The notes: a model not told the origin generated them from the sequence alone. A stretch of DNA of 64,000 nucleotides from an uncultured Micavibrio sp. (GCA_964399985.1 CAYNRY010000001.1:1054027-1118026); one strand, 5' to 3'; positions 19,942-28,990 are shown, counted from the stretch's first letter. Made by a program: numbers and translations.

Positions 19942-21246
19942 ATGTCCAAAACCGGTTCTGAATCAAAGAACACCCTTTATTGCTCCTTCTGCGGCAAAAG
20001 CCAGCACGAAGTGAGAAAACTCATCGCAGGACCAAATGTTTTCATTTGTAATGAATGCGTTGAGCTTTGCATGGACATCATCCGTGAAGAAGATAAAAGC
20101 CAGCTTGTCCGCACAGGCAGCGAAGGCATCCCGACACCGAACGAAATCAAAACCGTTCTCGACGATTACATCATCGGCCAAGACCGCGCAAAACGCGTTT
20201 TGTCTGTCGCGGTTCACAACCACTACAAGCGCTTGGAAATCGGCGGTAAAGGCGCGGATGTCGAAATTAATAAATCGAACATCCTTCTCGTCGGTCCAAC
20301 AGGTTCGGGTAAAACGCTTCTTGCGCAAACCCTCGCCCGTATTCTCGACGTGCCATTCACTATGGCAGACGCAACGACATTGACCGAAGCCGGTTATGTC
20401 GGTGAAGACGTCGAAAATATCGTTCTGAAACTTTTGCAGAATTGCGATTACAACGTCGAACGCGCGCAACGCGGTATCGTCTATATCGATGAGATCGATA
20501 AAATCTCGCGCAAGTCTGATAACCCATCCATCACACGCGATGTTTCCGGTGAAGGCGTTCAACAAGCCCTGTTGAAATTGATGGAAGGCACGATTGCTTC
20601 CGTCCCTCCTCAAGGTGGACGCAAACACCCGCAACAAGAGTTTTTGCAAGTCGATACGACCAACATTCTCTTCATCTGCGGCGGTGCGTTCGCGGGTATT
20701 GATAAAATCATCGGTATGCGCTCCAAAGGCGGAACCGCGATTGGTTTCGGGGCAGAGATTAAAGACACCGAAGAAAAAGGCGTTGGCACGATGATGCGTC
20801 TTTTGGAAACGGAAGATCTTTTGAAATTCGGCCTTATCCCTGAATTCGTCGGCCGTCTGCCGGTTGTCGCTACACTCGACGATCTTGACGAATCCGCATT
20901 GATTTCTATTCTGACAGAACCGAAGAATGCGCTCATCAAGCAGTATGGCCGCCTCTTCGAAATGGAAAACACAAAACTTACTTTCACTCCGGAAGCGTTA
21001 AGCGAAATCGCCAAACGCGCTATCGTTCGCAAGACAGGTGCTCGTGGTCTTCGATCCATCATGGAAATCATGCTGCTCGACACCATGTACGAACTGCCTG
21101 ATCTGGAAGACGTTGAAGAAGTGGTCATTAACGAAGATACAGTGAAAAACGGCGCGAAACCTGTCTATGTCCATTCCGACAAGAAAAAGGCCAAAAAAGC
21201 CAAGGATAAAGAAGACAAAGATAAAGAGACTGTTACAGCCAGCTAG
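19942..21246 (+). CDS. clpX: ATP-dependent Clp protease ATP-binding subunit ClpX
   Basis: 434 aa. N-terminal zinc finger [18 protein letters not shown], Walker [27 protein letters not shown]-like loop. Confidence 0.97.
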   Translation: MSKTGSESKNTLYCSFCGKSQHEVRKLIAGPNVFICNECVELCMDIIREEDKSQLVRTGSEGIPTPNEIKTVLDDYIIGQDRAKRVLSVAVHNHYKRLEIGGKGADVEINKSNILLVGPTGSGKTLLAQTLARILDVPFTMADATTLTEAGYVGEDVENIVLKLLQNCDYNVERAQRGIVYIDEIDKISRKSDNPSITRDVSGEGVQQALLKLMEGTIASVPPQGGRKHPQQEFLQVDTTNILFICGGAFAGIDKIIGMRSKGGTAIGFGAEIKDTEEKGVGTMMRLLETEDLLKFGLIPEFVGRLPVVATLDDLDESALISILTEPKNALIKQYGRLFEMENTKLTFTPEALSEIAKRAIVRKTGARGLRSIMEIMLLDTMYELPDLEDVEEVVINEDTVKNGAKPVYVHSDKKKAKKAKDKEDKDKETVTAS

Positions 21247-21255
21247 GATTTTTAA

Positions 21256-21281
21256 GACCCGCCAATCGGCGGGTTTTTTCT
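21256..21281 (+). terminator. Rho-independent terminator after clpX
   Basis: ACCCGCC-AATC-GGCGGGT followed by TTTTTC. Confidence 0.7.
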
Positions 21282-21320
21282 TTCTTCCATAACCTTACAA
21301 ATTTAAGGCTCAGCCCCGGC

Positions 21321-22079
21321 CTATCTCCGCTTGAAACCCAGAACATATAAAATGGTACAGTTCTGTCCTGCGGCATTCGCGTACTCTGCCGATCCCGCAA
21401 CCGCAGCCGCCGGGCTGACATTGGGGGCCGTGCATGGTAATGCTCCGCCACCTGAAGCCGCGATTAAACGTCCAGATGTCGGATTTCCGTCATCTATTTT
21501 CTGATCGAGCTTTCTTGTTTCAATACCACTCAATAAAGGTCCTGTTGGATAGCGACCCTGTGGCTTGCCATATACAAAACTATGGCCGCTTTGGCCGTAC
21601 CAGGTGGTCGGATTTGGCGCAGCCCCGATCCAGCCAAGGGAAAAGCTTCCTTGACCCATATCGAAGCCAGGCCCTGTCTGCCCGCCGACCCAAAGGCCGT
21701 TATCATCAAGTTTCCCCGTATATCCTCCTGATATCAGATCGGCTTTGGAAAGATGCTGAAACACGATTCCTTCTTCGATAAGGACAGGATCATTAAAGCT
21801 TTCATCATCGATAAAACCATCACCATTGCCGTCATCGGCTCCGGGCCAGACGGTGGAAGCATTTGGCATATCTCCCGGGTTCCGCTTATACATGTCATAA
21901 AAAGTCTCTACTGCCGCTTCAGAGTTTGTGAAGGCCGTTGCCACCTTGGAAATCACGGCATTATTATAAAGCTCTTGCCCTTTTAGAACCCCTCCGATCA
22001 ATAATCCGATAATGATCATGACTATCGATAGCTCGACGAGCGTAAAACCCAACTCTTTAGAATGTGATCGGAGAAACAA
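21321..22079 (-). CDS. Type IV pilin-like protein (prepilin-type N-terminal cleavage/methylation domain)
   Basis: 252 aa, TTG start with GGAAGG 7 nt upstream. Leader MFLRSHSKELG then FTLVELSIVMIIIGLLIGGVLKG (Gly-1, Phe+1, Glu+5). C-terminal Cys-X24-Cys loop. Confidence 0.85.
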   Translation of the reverse strand: MFLRSHSKELGFTLVELSIVMIIIGLLIGGVLKGQELYNNAVISKVATAFTNSEAAVETFYDMYKRNPGDMPNASTVWPGADDGNGDGFIDDESFNDPVLIEEGIVFQHLSKADLISGGYTGKLDDNGLWVGGQTGPGFDMGQGSFSLGWIGAAPNPTTWYGQSGHSFVYGKPQGRYPTGPLLSGIETRKLDQKIDDGNPTSGRLIAASGGGALPCTAPNVSPAAAVAGSAEYANAAGQNCTILYVLGFKRR

Positions 22080-22210
22080 CGTTTAACCTTCCCTTAAATT
22101 TGTCATTACAGACTATCAGTTTTAGGTTAAAGTTTCTTTTCTATTTTAAGATTGCGTTATATTTTTCCTCATAAGCTAGATGATACTTCAATTCATTGGG
22201 AGAACCTCAA

Positions 22211-23170
22211 ATGCTGCAGCCCGCCAAAATCATGCCGGAACCGAATAAACGCTATCGCCTGATTACAAGGAGCGATATGGACGGCCTTGTATGCGGAATT
22301 TTGCTTAAAGAGCTCGACCTGATCGACGATATTATGTTCGCGCACCCGAAAGATATGCAGGACGGACTTATCGAAGTTACATCCAACGATATCACGACGA
22401 ATTTGCCGTTCGTTCCCGGCGCTTATCTCGCTTTCGACCACCACGCAAGTGAAGTTTCTCGCTCTACAGGCTCTAAAGCCAATCACGTTATTGATGCGAA
22501 AGCCCCTTCTGCGGCGCGCGTCGTCTATGATTATTTCGGCGGCAAGGCGCGTTTCCCGAAAGTGTCGGATGCGATGATGGAAGCCGTTGATAAAGCCGAT
22601 GCCGCGCAGTTTTCAAAGGAAGATATCCTCGATCCGAAAGGCTGGGAGCTTCTGTCTTTTATCATGGATGCCAGAACCGGCCTTGGCCGTTTTCAGGATT
22701 TCAATATTTCCAACTATCAATTGATGATGAAGCTGATCGATACCTGCCGCGATCATCATATTGACGATATCCTTAAATTACCGGACGTTAAAGAACGCGT
22801 CGATCTCTATATGGAGCATCATGCAAAACATAAGGAACAACTGGAGCGCTGCGCGAAAATTCATGACAATCTGATCGTGCTTGATCTGCGCGAAGAAGAG
22901 AAAATATGGGCTGGTAACCGCTTCTTTATCTACGCCCTCTTTCCTGACTGTAATATCTCCATTCACGAAATGTGGGGCAAGGGAAAACAAAATACGGTTT
23001 TCGCCATCGGTAAATCGATTATCAATCGCTCCAGCAATACCAATGTCGGAGAGCTTTGCCTGAAATACGGTGGCGGCGGCCACAACGCGGCAGGCACTTG
23101 CCAAGTCGCCAATGAAAAAGCCGATGACGTTTTAAAAGAACTGATCGGCCAGATCACGAAGGACGGTTGA
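22211..23170 (+). CDS. DHH-family phosphoesterase (NrnB/COG2404-like)
   Basis: SDMDGLVCG, AFDHH and GGGGHNAAG motifs. Start placed at ATG 22211 (GGGAGA 7 nt upstream); the track ORF begins at TTG 22196. Confidence 0.75.
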   Translation: MLQPAKIMPEPNKRYRLITRSDMDGLVCGILLKELDLIDDIMFAHPKDMQDGLIEVTSNDITTNLPFVPGAYLAFDHHASEVSRSTGSKANHVIDAKAPSAARVVYDYFGGKARFPKVSDAMMEAVDKADAAQFSKEDILDPKGWELLSFIMDARTGLGRFQDFNISNYQLMMKLIDTCRDHHIDDILKLPDVKERVDLYMEHHAKHKEQLERCAKIHDNLIVLDLREEEKIWAGNRFFIYALFPDCNISIHEMWGKGKQNTVFAIGKSIINRSSNTNVGELCLKYGGGGHNAAGTCQVANEKADDVLKELIGQITKDG

Positions 23171-23246
23171 TTTACGAGTTGCAAGTTTCAAGTACATAGT
23201 TGAAAGATATTTTTCTTGTAACTTGTAACTATGTACTCGTAACCAC

Positions 23247-24656
23247 ATGACCTCGATCCTTCTCTTCCGCCGCGATTTGCGCCTATCCGATAATCCTGCC
23301 TTGATCGCCGCCGCGAAAGCCGGACCAATTATCCCTGTTTATATCTACGAAGAGAAAGAAGCGCCGAACTGGAATACGGGAGCCGCGAGCAAATTCTGGC
23401 TGCACCACTCTCTTCATGCCTTGAATAAAAGTCTCGATGGCCATCTGGTTATTTTGAAGGACAAGAAGTCCCTGAAAGAGATTATCGAAGAAACAAATGC
23501 GACACATGTTTTCTGGAACCGCCGTTATGAACCGTACCTCGCAGCAATTGATGATACGCTTCAGAAATCTTTAGAGAAAGGCGGCCTCACGGTCGAAACC
23601 TTTCAGGCCAATCTTCTCTGGGAGCCGTGGCAGGTGACAAAAGCCGATGGTACGCCCTATAAGGTCTTTACGCCCTTCTATCGCAAAGGTTGCCTGAAAC
23701 AGGACGAGCCGCGCGCACCACATAAAAAACCCTCCCATCTCAAATTTAAAAAAGCCAAATCACTTTCCATCGAAGATTTAAATTTTCTACCCACAAAACC
23801 TCGCTGGGATAAAAAGATGGAAGCTCATTGGGACATTGGCGAAGACGGTGCGCATAAAACGCTCAATCACTTTCTAAAAAAAGGTTTCAAAAATTATAAG
23901 GAAGGACGCAACTTTCCCGGCCTTGATGTTCTGTCTCATTTATCCCCGCATACCCATTTTGGTGAAGTCTCCCCAAACCAAGTCTGGCATGCGGCAAAGC
24001 ATGCGGGCCATGAACATCATAATGAGAACGATCTAGATACCTTTCATTCGGAAATGGGCTGGCGCGAATTCTCTTACTATCTCATGCATTATTTCCCCGA
24101 ACTTCCCGATCAACCCTGGGATAAAAAATTCGCCCGCATGAGTTGGTCTAATTCGACTAAAAACCTCAAAGCATGGCAACAAGGCCAGACAGGATATCCT
24201 ATCGTCGATGCGGGTATGCGGGAACTCTGGGAAACCGGCTACATGCATAACCGCATCCGCATGGTCGTTGCTTCTTTCCTTATCAAACATTTGCAAATCG
24301 ACTGGGTTAAAGGCGAAGAGTGGTTCTGGGACACTCTGGTCGATGGCGACTTGGCGGTTAACGCCTTTAACTGGCAATGGGTCGCGGGCTGTGGCGCCGA
24401 TGCTGCGCCCTACTTCCGCATATTCAATCCGGTATTGCAGGGTGAGAAATTCGATACCGACGGCGCCTACGTTCGCAAATGGGTTCCTGAGCTTAAAGAT
24501 ATGCCTGACAAATACATCCATCATCCATGGGACGCATCCGAAGAGATTTTACAAAAAGCCAAAGTCACTTTAGGCAAAACCTATCCGCATCCTTTGGTAG
24601 AGCACAACGACGCGCGAGAAAATGCGCTGTCGGCTTATAAGAATTTGAAGAAATAG
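23247..24656 (+). CDS. phrB: Deoxyribodipyrimidine photolyase (class I CPD photolyase/cryptochrome family)
   Basis: 469 aa. LFRRDLRLSDNPAL N-terminus. FAD-binding region TGYPIVDAGMRELWETGYMHNRIRMVVASFL, NWQWVAGCGADAAPYFRIFNP. Confidence 0.92.
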   Translation: MTSILLFRRDLRLSDNPALIAAAKAGPIIPVYIYEEKEAPNWNTGAASKFWLHHSLHALNKSLDGHLVILKDKKSLKEIIEETNATHVFWNRRYEPYLAAIDDTLQKSLEKGGLTVETFQANLLWEPWQVTKADGTPYKVFTPFYRKGCLKQDEPRAPHKKPSHLKFKKAKSLSIEDLNFLPTKPRWDKKMEAHWDIGEDGAHKTLNHFLKKGFKNYKEGRNFPGLDVLSHLSPHTHFGEVSPNQVWHAAKHAGHEHHNENDLDTFHSEMGWREFSYYLMHYFPELPDQPWDKKFARMSWSNSTKNLKAWQQGQTGYPIVDAGMRELWETGYMHNRIRMVVASFLIKHLQIDWVKGEEWFWDTLVDGDLAVNAFNWQWVAGCGADAAPYFRIFNPVLQGEKFDTDGAYVRKWVPELKDMPDKYIHHPWDASEEILQKAKVTLGKTYPHPLVEHNDARENALSAYKNLKK

Positions 24657-24670
24657 AACTCAACCAAAAC

Positions 24671-24745
24671 GTCATTCCGGCGAAAGCCGGAATCCATGGG
24701 ATGGATTGAGGAAACCGTATGGATTCCGGCTTTCGCCGGAATGAC
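24671..24745. repeat. Double-hairpin palindromic (MITE-like) element, near-consensus full copy
   Basis: GTCATTCCGGCGAAAGCCGGAATCC-N25-GGATTCCGGCTTTCGCCGGAATGAC. It fills almost the whole phr-ldcA spacer. Confidence 0.85.
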
Positions 24746-24750
24746 GATAA

Positions 24751-25656
24751 ATGTACAATCAAAAAATGACCATCACCCCACTCCCGCTCCTACCCGGCGA
24801 CACGATCGGCATCATGGCCCCTTCCAGCCGTGCCAATAAAGACAACATCGAAAAGCTTGAAGCCTTACTGGTAAAGCGGAGCTATAAAGTTTTCATTCAC
24901 CCGCAGACTTTCCTGACCCAGCATCAATCCGCCGGAACTGGCATGGAAAAAGCCGCCGCTTTCCACGATCTTATTCGCCGTAAGGATATCAAGGCGATCT
25001 TCTTCTCCAATGGCGGTAACCGTGCTTGCACCATGCTCGAGCATATAAATTCTGACCGCATCGCCGCCAATCCTAAAATCATTATGGGCTACAGCGATGT
25101 AACGGCGCTGCTCAACGCCATTCATGTAAAAACCGGACTGGTCACTTATCATGGCCCAATGGCGCGCAGCTTTCTTTCGCTACCGAAAAAACAAATCGAT
25201 CAATGTTTCGATCTGCTCGAAGGTAAAGCCAAGACCCTCGACATGCCAAAAGCCAAAATTCTCAAAGCTGGCAATGCAAAGGGCCAGCTCATCGGCGGCA
25301 ATCTGGCAGTTCTCTGCTCCTTGCTCGGCACGCCATATCAACCCGACTTCAAAAATGCCATCCTCTTCCTGGAAGATATCGCGGAGGAAACCTCTCATAT
25401 AGACCGCTATCTCTGGCAACTACGCAATGCCGGAGCCCTGCATCAGATCAAAGCCCTCATCCTCGGCTCCTTCACCGATCTCAAAGATACAGGTAAAACC
25501 AAATATGGCTTCAGCTTAAAAGATTGCGTCGAAGCCGTCACCGCCGACCTGAAAATCCCCGTCCTGCTGAACGCCCCGTTCAGCCATGGGAAGGATTTAT
25601 ATACGCTGCCTGTGGGAGCGACAGCTAAACTGTCAGACAAGACACTTAAATTCTAA
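24751..25656 (+). CDS. ldcA: LD-carboxypeptidase (peptidase S66, muramoyltetrapeptide carboxypeptidase-like)
   Basis: 301 aa. GDTIGIMAPSS, GYSDVTALL (nucleophile Ser) and a C-terminal FSHG motif. ATG 24766 is an alternative start. Confidence 0.85.
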   Translation: MYNQKMTITPLPLLPGDTIGIMAPSSRANKDNIEKLEALLVKRSYKVFIHPQTFLTQHQSAGTGMEKAAAFHDLIRRKDIKAIFFSNGGNRACTMLEHINSDRIAANPKIIMGYSDVTALLNAIHVKTGLVTYHGPMARSFLSLPKKQIDQCFDLLEGKAKTLDMPKAKILKAGNAKGQLIGGNLAVLCSLLGTPYQPDFKNAILFLEDIAEETSHIDRYLWQLRNAGALHQIKALILGSFTDLKDTGKTKYGFSLKDCVEAVTADLKIPVLLNAPFSHGKDLYTLPVGATAKLSDKTLKF

Positions 25657-25661
25657 ATATC

Positions 25662-25748
25662 GTCATTGCGAGGAGTGCAACGACGAAGCAATCAAGATGC
25701 TGAAACTTCTGGATTGCCGCGCCCAAAGAAGAATGGGCTCGCAATGAC
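25662..25748. repeat. Palindromic element, GTCATTGC variant subfamily
   Basis: GTCATTGCGAGGAGTGCAACGACGAAGCAATC...GGATTGCCGCGCCCAAAGAAGAATGGGCTCGCAATGAC. Same GTCAT/ATGAC termini but different hairpins. Confidence 0.7.
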
Positions 25749-25755
25749 CCCACCC

Positions 25756-25827
25756 GTCATTCCGGCGAAAGCCGGAATCCAGATATTCTAGCCACACCAT
25801 CTGGATGCCGTTTTTCAACGGGATGAC
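25756..25827. repeat. Double-hairpin palindromic (MITE-like) element, full copy
   Basis: GTCATTCCGGCGAAAGCCGGAATCC-N22-GGATGCCGTTTTTCAACGGGATGAC. Confidence 0.8.
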
Positions 25828-25876
25828 GATTGAAAGAACTCTGTGTCCTCTGTGGTTTAAATTCTTTCTTAGGCAT

Positions 25877-25901
25877 GGATTCCGGCCTTCGCCGGAATGA
25901 C
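25877..25901. repeat. Solo right-half copy of the palindromic element
   Basis: GGATTCCGGCCTTCGCCGGAATGAC, identical to the right half at 46031-46055. Confidence 0.7.
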
Positions 25902-25969
25902 AATTAGAAAAAATGTTCAACTCTTTAAACCTTCTTGATTTCCTCTCGCATCCTCATTAAACCCTCCCC

Positions 25970-26308
25970 ATGACCTTTGTCGTTACCGATGTCTGCATAC
26001 TATGTAAATACACCGACTGCGTGGAAGTCTGTCCGGTGGATTGCTTCTATGAGGGCGAGAACATGCTTGTCATCAATCCGGACGAATGTATCGATTGCGG
26101 CGTCTGCGAACCTGAATGCCCGATCGAGGCCATTTTGCCCGATACGGATGCCAAGGCCGAGGCGTGGCTGGAGCTGAACCGCGAATACTCGACCGGGCCG
26201 TGGCCGAATCTGACAAAGAAAAAAGATGCCCTCCCTGGCGCCGACGACTTGAAAGACACACCCAACAAGATGCAAAGCTTTTCCGCAAACCCCGGAGAAG
26301 GTGATTGA
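25970..26308 (+). CDS. fdxA: 7Fe ferredoxin (3Fe-4S/4Fe-4S), FdxA type
   Basis: 112 aa. [29 protein letters not shown]...[12 protein letters not shown]. Confidence 0.93.
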   Translation: MTFVVTDVCILCKYTDCVEVCPVDCFYEGENMLVINPDECIDCGVCEPECPIEAILPDTDAKAEAWLELNREYSTGPWPNLTKKKDALPGADDLKDTPNKMQSFSANPGEGD

Positions 26309-26363
26309 AATCAATCACATAATCACGTTTTTCAGAACCAAATTAAATAATTTTAAAGAAAAG

Positions 26364-26391
26364 TTGAAATTTTCCTAATTTCTGCTATATT
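26364..26391 (+). promoter_or_regulatory. Candidate sigma70-type promoter for carD
   Basis: TTGAAA-16 nt-TATATT, read by eye. It would give a leader of about 200 nt. Confidence 0.3.
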
Positions 26392-26600
26392 CTCTCGACT
26401 TGCTTCAACGATGTACGCAAACTCTAGGACGATTAACCCTCTGATTTTGCTTTCTTTTTTGCTTGGTAATTTTCTTACCCAGCTTAATCATCAACGTTAT
26501 GGCAATAAAAACATAGCGAATTCCAGATGAATTCGATACGCAGAGACTAGAAACTAACGGACTACCTTAAAGTTAAACATCAGGCACAAGGACTATAGGC

Positions 26601-27680
26601 ATGGCGATAAAGAAAAAAACAGCTCCAGCTAAATCAACTGCTAAAACAAAAACAGTGGCAAAAGCCGCTCCGAAAGCTGTTAAAAAGCCTGTCTCCAAAG
26701 TAACTCCGAAAGCTGTTGTTAAGCCGGTTGCCAAGAAAGTCGATGCAATTAAGAAAATTGCGACCAAGCAAGTGGTAAAACCAGTTGCTAAAAAAGCAGC
26801 GCCTGCTCCGGTTAAAGCTCAAGTGAAAGCCCAGCCTAAAACGGCTCCGAAAGCGGTAAAAGCTGCTCCGGCTCCAAAGGCACCGGTCAAGGCTAAAGAA
26901 ATCGTCGTAAAAGCCCCGACCAACCAAAATGCTGAAGTCAAAAAATCTCCCGTTGTTATGCAAAAAACAACGGAAGGCTATAAGCCAGTTTCCACAACAT
27001 CTTCTTCATTGATGATGCGCCCTGCTTATCGCCCAATTCAGGTAACCAATAAGTCTTTGGCACCGATGACACCGGTTCGCCAGATGGCTCCTGCTCCGGC
27101 AAATGAGAAAATCGAATACAAAAAAGGCGACTATGTCGTTTATCCTGCCCATGGCGTTGGCCAGATCGAAGCTATTGAAACAGCCGTGATTAGCGGTATG
27201 GAAATTAAGCTTTATGCCATCGTCTTTGAAAAAGACCGTATGCGTCTGAAAGTTCCGGTATTCAAAGCTCATGCCTCCGGCCTGCGTCGCTTGTCGACAA
27301 CCAACCGTATGCAGGATGCGCTGAAAACCTTACAAGGCCGTGCGCAAATCCGCCGCGCCATGTGGTCCCGCCGCGCTCAGGAATACGAAACCAAGATTAA
27401 CTCCGGCGACCCGGTATCTATTGCCGAAGTTCTTCGTGATCTGAAACGCTCGAACGATGAATCCGAGCAATCTTATTCAGAGCGCCAGATCTATCAATCA
27501 GCCATGGAGCGTCTAGCACGCGAAGTTGCTGCAGTGGATCGCATTACGGAAATCGAGGCAACCGAGCGTCTGGAAAAACTTATCCGTGGTGGCCGCAAGT
27601 CCAAAGCCGAAGAGAAGGCGATTGAAGACAAAGCCATTGAGGCCAAAGCTATCGAAGATAAAGCAGCTCAAGCCGCCTAA
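26601..27680 (+). CDS. carD: CarD/CdnL family RNA polymerase-binding regulator with a long Lys/Ala/Pro-rich N-terminal extension
   Basis: 359 aa. The CarD_CdnL_TRCF core starts near residue 173 (YKKGDYVVYPAHGVGQIEAIE..). Residues 1-100 are KKPV/AKKA-type repeats. The C-terminus carries KAIED/KAIEA/KAIED 15-nt repeats. Confidence 0.85.
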   Translation: MAIKKKTAPAKSTAKTKTVAKAAPKAVKKPVSKVTPKAVVKPVAKKVDAIKKIATKQVVKPVAKKAAPAPVKAQVKAQPKTAPKAVKAAPAPKAPVKAKEIVVKAPTNQNAEVKKSPVVMQKTTEGYKPVSTTSSSLMMRPAYRPIQVTNKSLAPMTPVRQMAPAPANEKIEYKKGDYVVYPAHGVGQIEAIETAVISGMEIKLYAIVFEKDRMRLKVPVFKAHASGLRRLSTTNRMQDALKTLQGRAQIRRAMWSRRAQEYETKINSGDPVSIAEVLRDLKRSNDESEQSYSERQIYQSAMERLAREVAAVDRITEIEATERLEKLIRGGRKSKAEEKAIEDKAIEAKAIEDKAAQAA

Positions 27681-27711
27681 TCTCCGAAACGAACTATTAT
27701 GAACATGATTA

Positions 27712-27744
27712 AAGCCGCCCTCACCGGGCGGTTTTTTTTATTTT
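27712..27744 (+). terminator. Rho-independent terminator after carD
   Basis: GCCGCCC-TCACC-GGGCGG followed by a T8 tract. Confidence 0.75.
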
Positions 27745-28008
27745 CCAAATAACACTACTCCGTAAATAGGAATAAATGCTTCACATGAAGCATTTCGTAG
27801 GAACTTTTCACGCGCTCAAACATTGGTTTTTATTAGCCAATTTCGCATATCGGATATGTGGGGGAATAATCGGAAATTTTTCGTTAACAAGATAACTTTT
27901 TTCGATTTTTGACGAATACAAAATCGAATGCCAGACGTTGGCAATGCAGCAGAAGAACATTAACAAATCAAACTAGACCGGTTTGAAAAAAAGAAAAGGG
28001 GTCCCACC

Positions 28009-28908
28009 ATGGCGTATATAGACGATCAACAAACCCAAAAAGCCAATTTATCCTACATTCGTTCCTCCATGAGCGAGCCGATGTTAGAGCGCGACCACGA
28101 GCAGGATTTGGCACGCAGATGGCGCGATCAAAAGGACGAACGCGCCCTGCATGAACTTGTAAAATCATACACACGTCTGGTAATTGCCGCGGCTTCCCGC
28201 TTCCGCCATTACGGTCTTCCTATGGGCGACCTGATACAGGAAGGTAATATGGGCTTGATGCAAGCAGCCAATCGTTTCGAACCTGAACGCGATGTCCGGT
28301 TTTCTACCTATGCAGCGTGGTGGATACGCTCCGCCATGCAGGACTATGTATTACGGAACTGGTCGATCGTTCGGACAGGTACAACGGCGGCTCAAAAGTC
28401 CCTCTTCTTCAACTTGCGTCGCTTACGCGCAAAAATTGAAGGCGGTCAAAGCATGAATAATCAGGGCGGGCTAACCAATGAATCGCGGGATAAAATCTCC
28501 AGCCTTCTCGGTGTATCCACTAAGGAAGTCGAGCAGATGGAAGGCCGTATGAATGGCGGAGATCAATCATTGAACGCGACAATTTCAATGGACGGTGAAG
28601 ACGAGTATCAATCTTTTCTTGCCGATACGCGTCCTAATCCGGAAGAAATTGTCATCGGAATGAAAGATTCGCAAACCCGTTCAAAATGGCTGGCTTCTGC
28701 CCTGTCTGAACTGAGCGACCGCGAGCAGGAAATTATCAAACAGCGTCATTTGAAATATGAAACAGTTACATTGGAAGAGCTTGGTAAACAACTTGGCGTC
28801 AGCAAAGAACGTGTTCGCCAACTTGAAGCTCGTGCGATTGAGAAACTGAAAACGTCGCTGAATAAAAATGTAAAAAATCCGCGTGATCTCTTGACGGCGG
28901 CAGCATAA
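28009..28908 (+). CDS. rpoH: RNA polymerase sigma-32 (heat-shock) factor RpoH
   Basis: 299 aa. Region 2 (YGLPMGDLIQEGNMGLMQAANRFEP), RpoH box AAQKSLFFNLRRLRAKI, region 4 HTH LEELGKQLGVSKERVRQLE. Confidence 0.92.
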   Translation: MAYIDDQQTQKANLSYIRSSMSEPMLERDHEQDLARRWRDQKDERALHELVKSYTRLVIAAASRFRHYGLPMGDLIQEGNMGLMQAANRFEPERDVRFSTYAAWWIRSAMQDYVLRNWSIVRTGTTAAQKSLFFNLRRLRAKIEGGQSMNNQGGLTNESRDKISSLLGVSTKEVEQMEGRMNGGDQSLNATISMDGEDEYQSFLADTRPNPEEIVIGMKDSQTRSKWLASALSELSDREQEIIKQRHLKYETVTLEELGKQLGVSKERVRQLEARAIEKLKTSLNKNVKNPRDLLTAAA

Positions 28909-28950
28909 GAACTATCTGTTATATTCAAAGGACGGCGCTTGCGTCGTTCG

Positions 28951-28990
28951 GGCCAGGTTGGTACTTCCCCCTCCAACCTGGCCTTTTTAT
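28951..28990. terminator. Hairpin between the convergent rpoH and M48 protease genes
   Basis: GGCCAGGTTGG (28951-61) pairs with CCAACCTGGCC (28974-84), followed by TTTTT. Confidence 0.7.

Noticed and set aside
25663-25920. Track ORFs 25663..25920(-), 24565..24762(-), 18647..18892(+), 34465..34695(+) and 45848..46060(-), plus the N-terminal extension of 44013..44594, as protein-coding genes
   Set aside because: Their sequences are translations of the palindromic elements (RRKPESI, IPAFAGMT, VIPAKAGIQ, LRGND peptides) and they have no RBS. They are artefacts of repeat read-through.
27983-28010. Sigma-32-like promoter TTGAAA-N14-CCCACCAT in front of rpoH (possible autoregulation)
   Set aside because: The putative -10 overlaps the rpoH ATG (28009), so a transcript from it could not encode the N-terminus, which aligns well with RpoH proteins. 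The AAGGGG in the spacer is better explained as the RBS.
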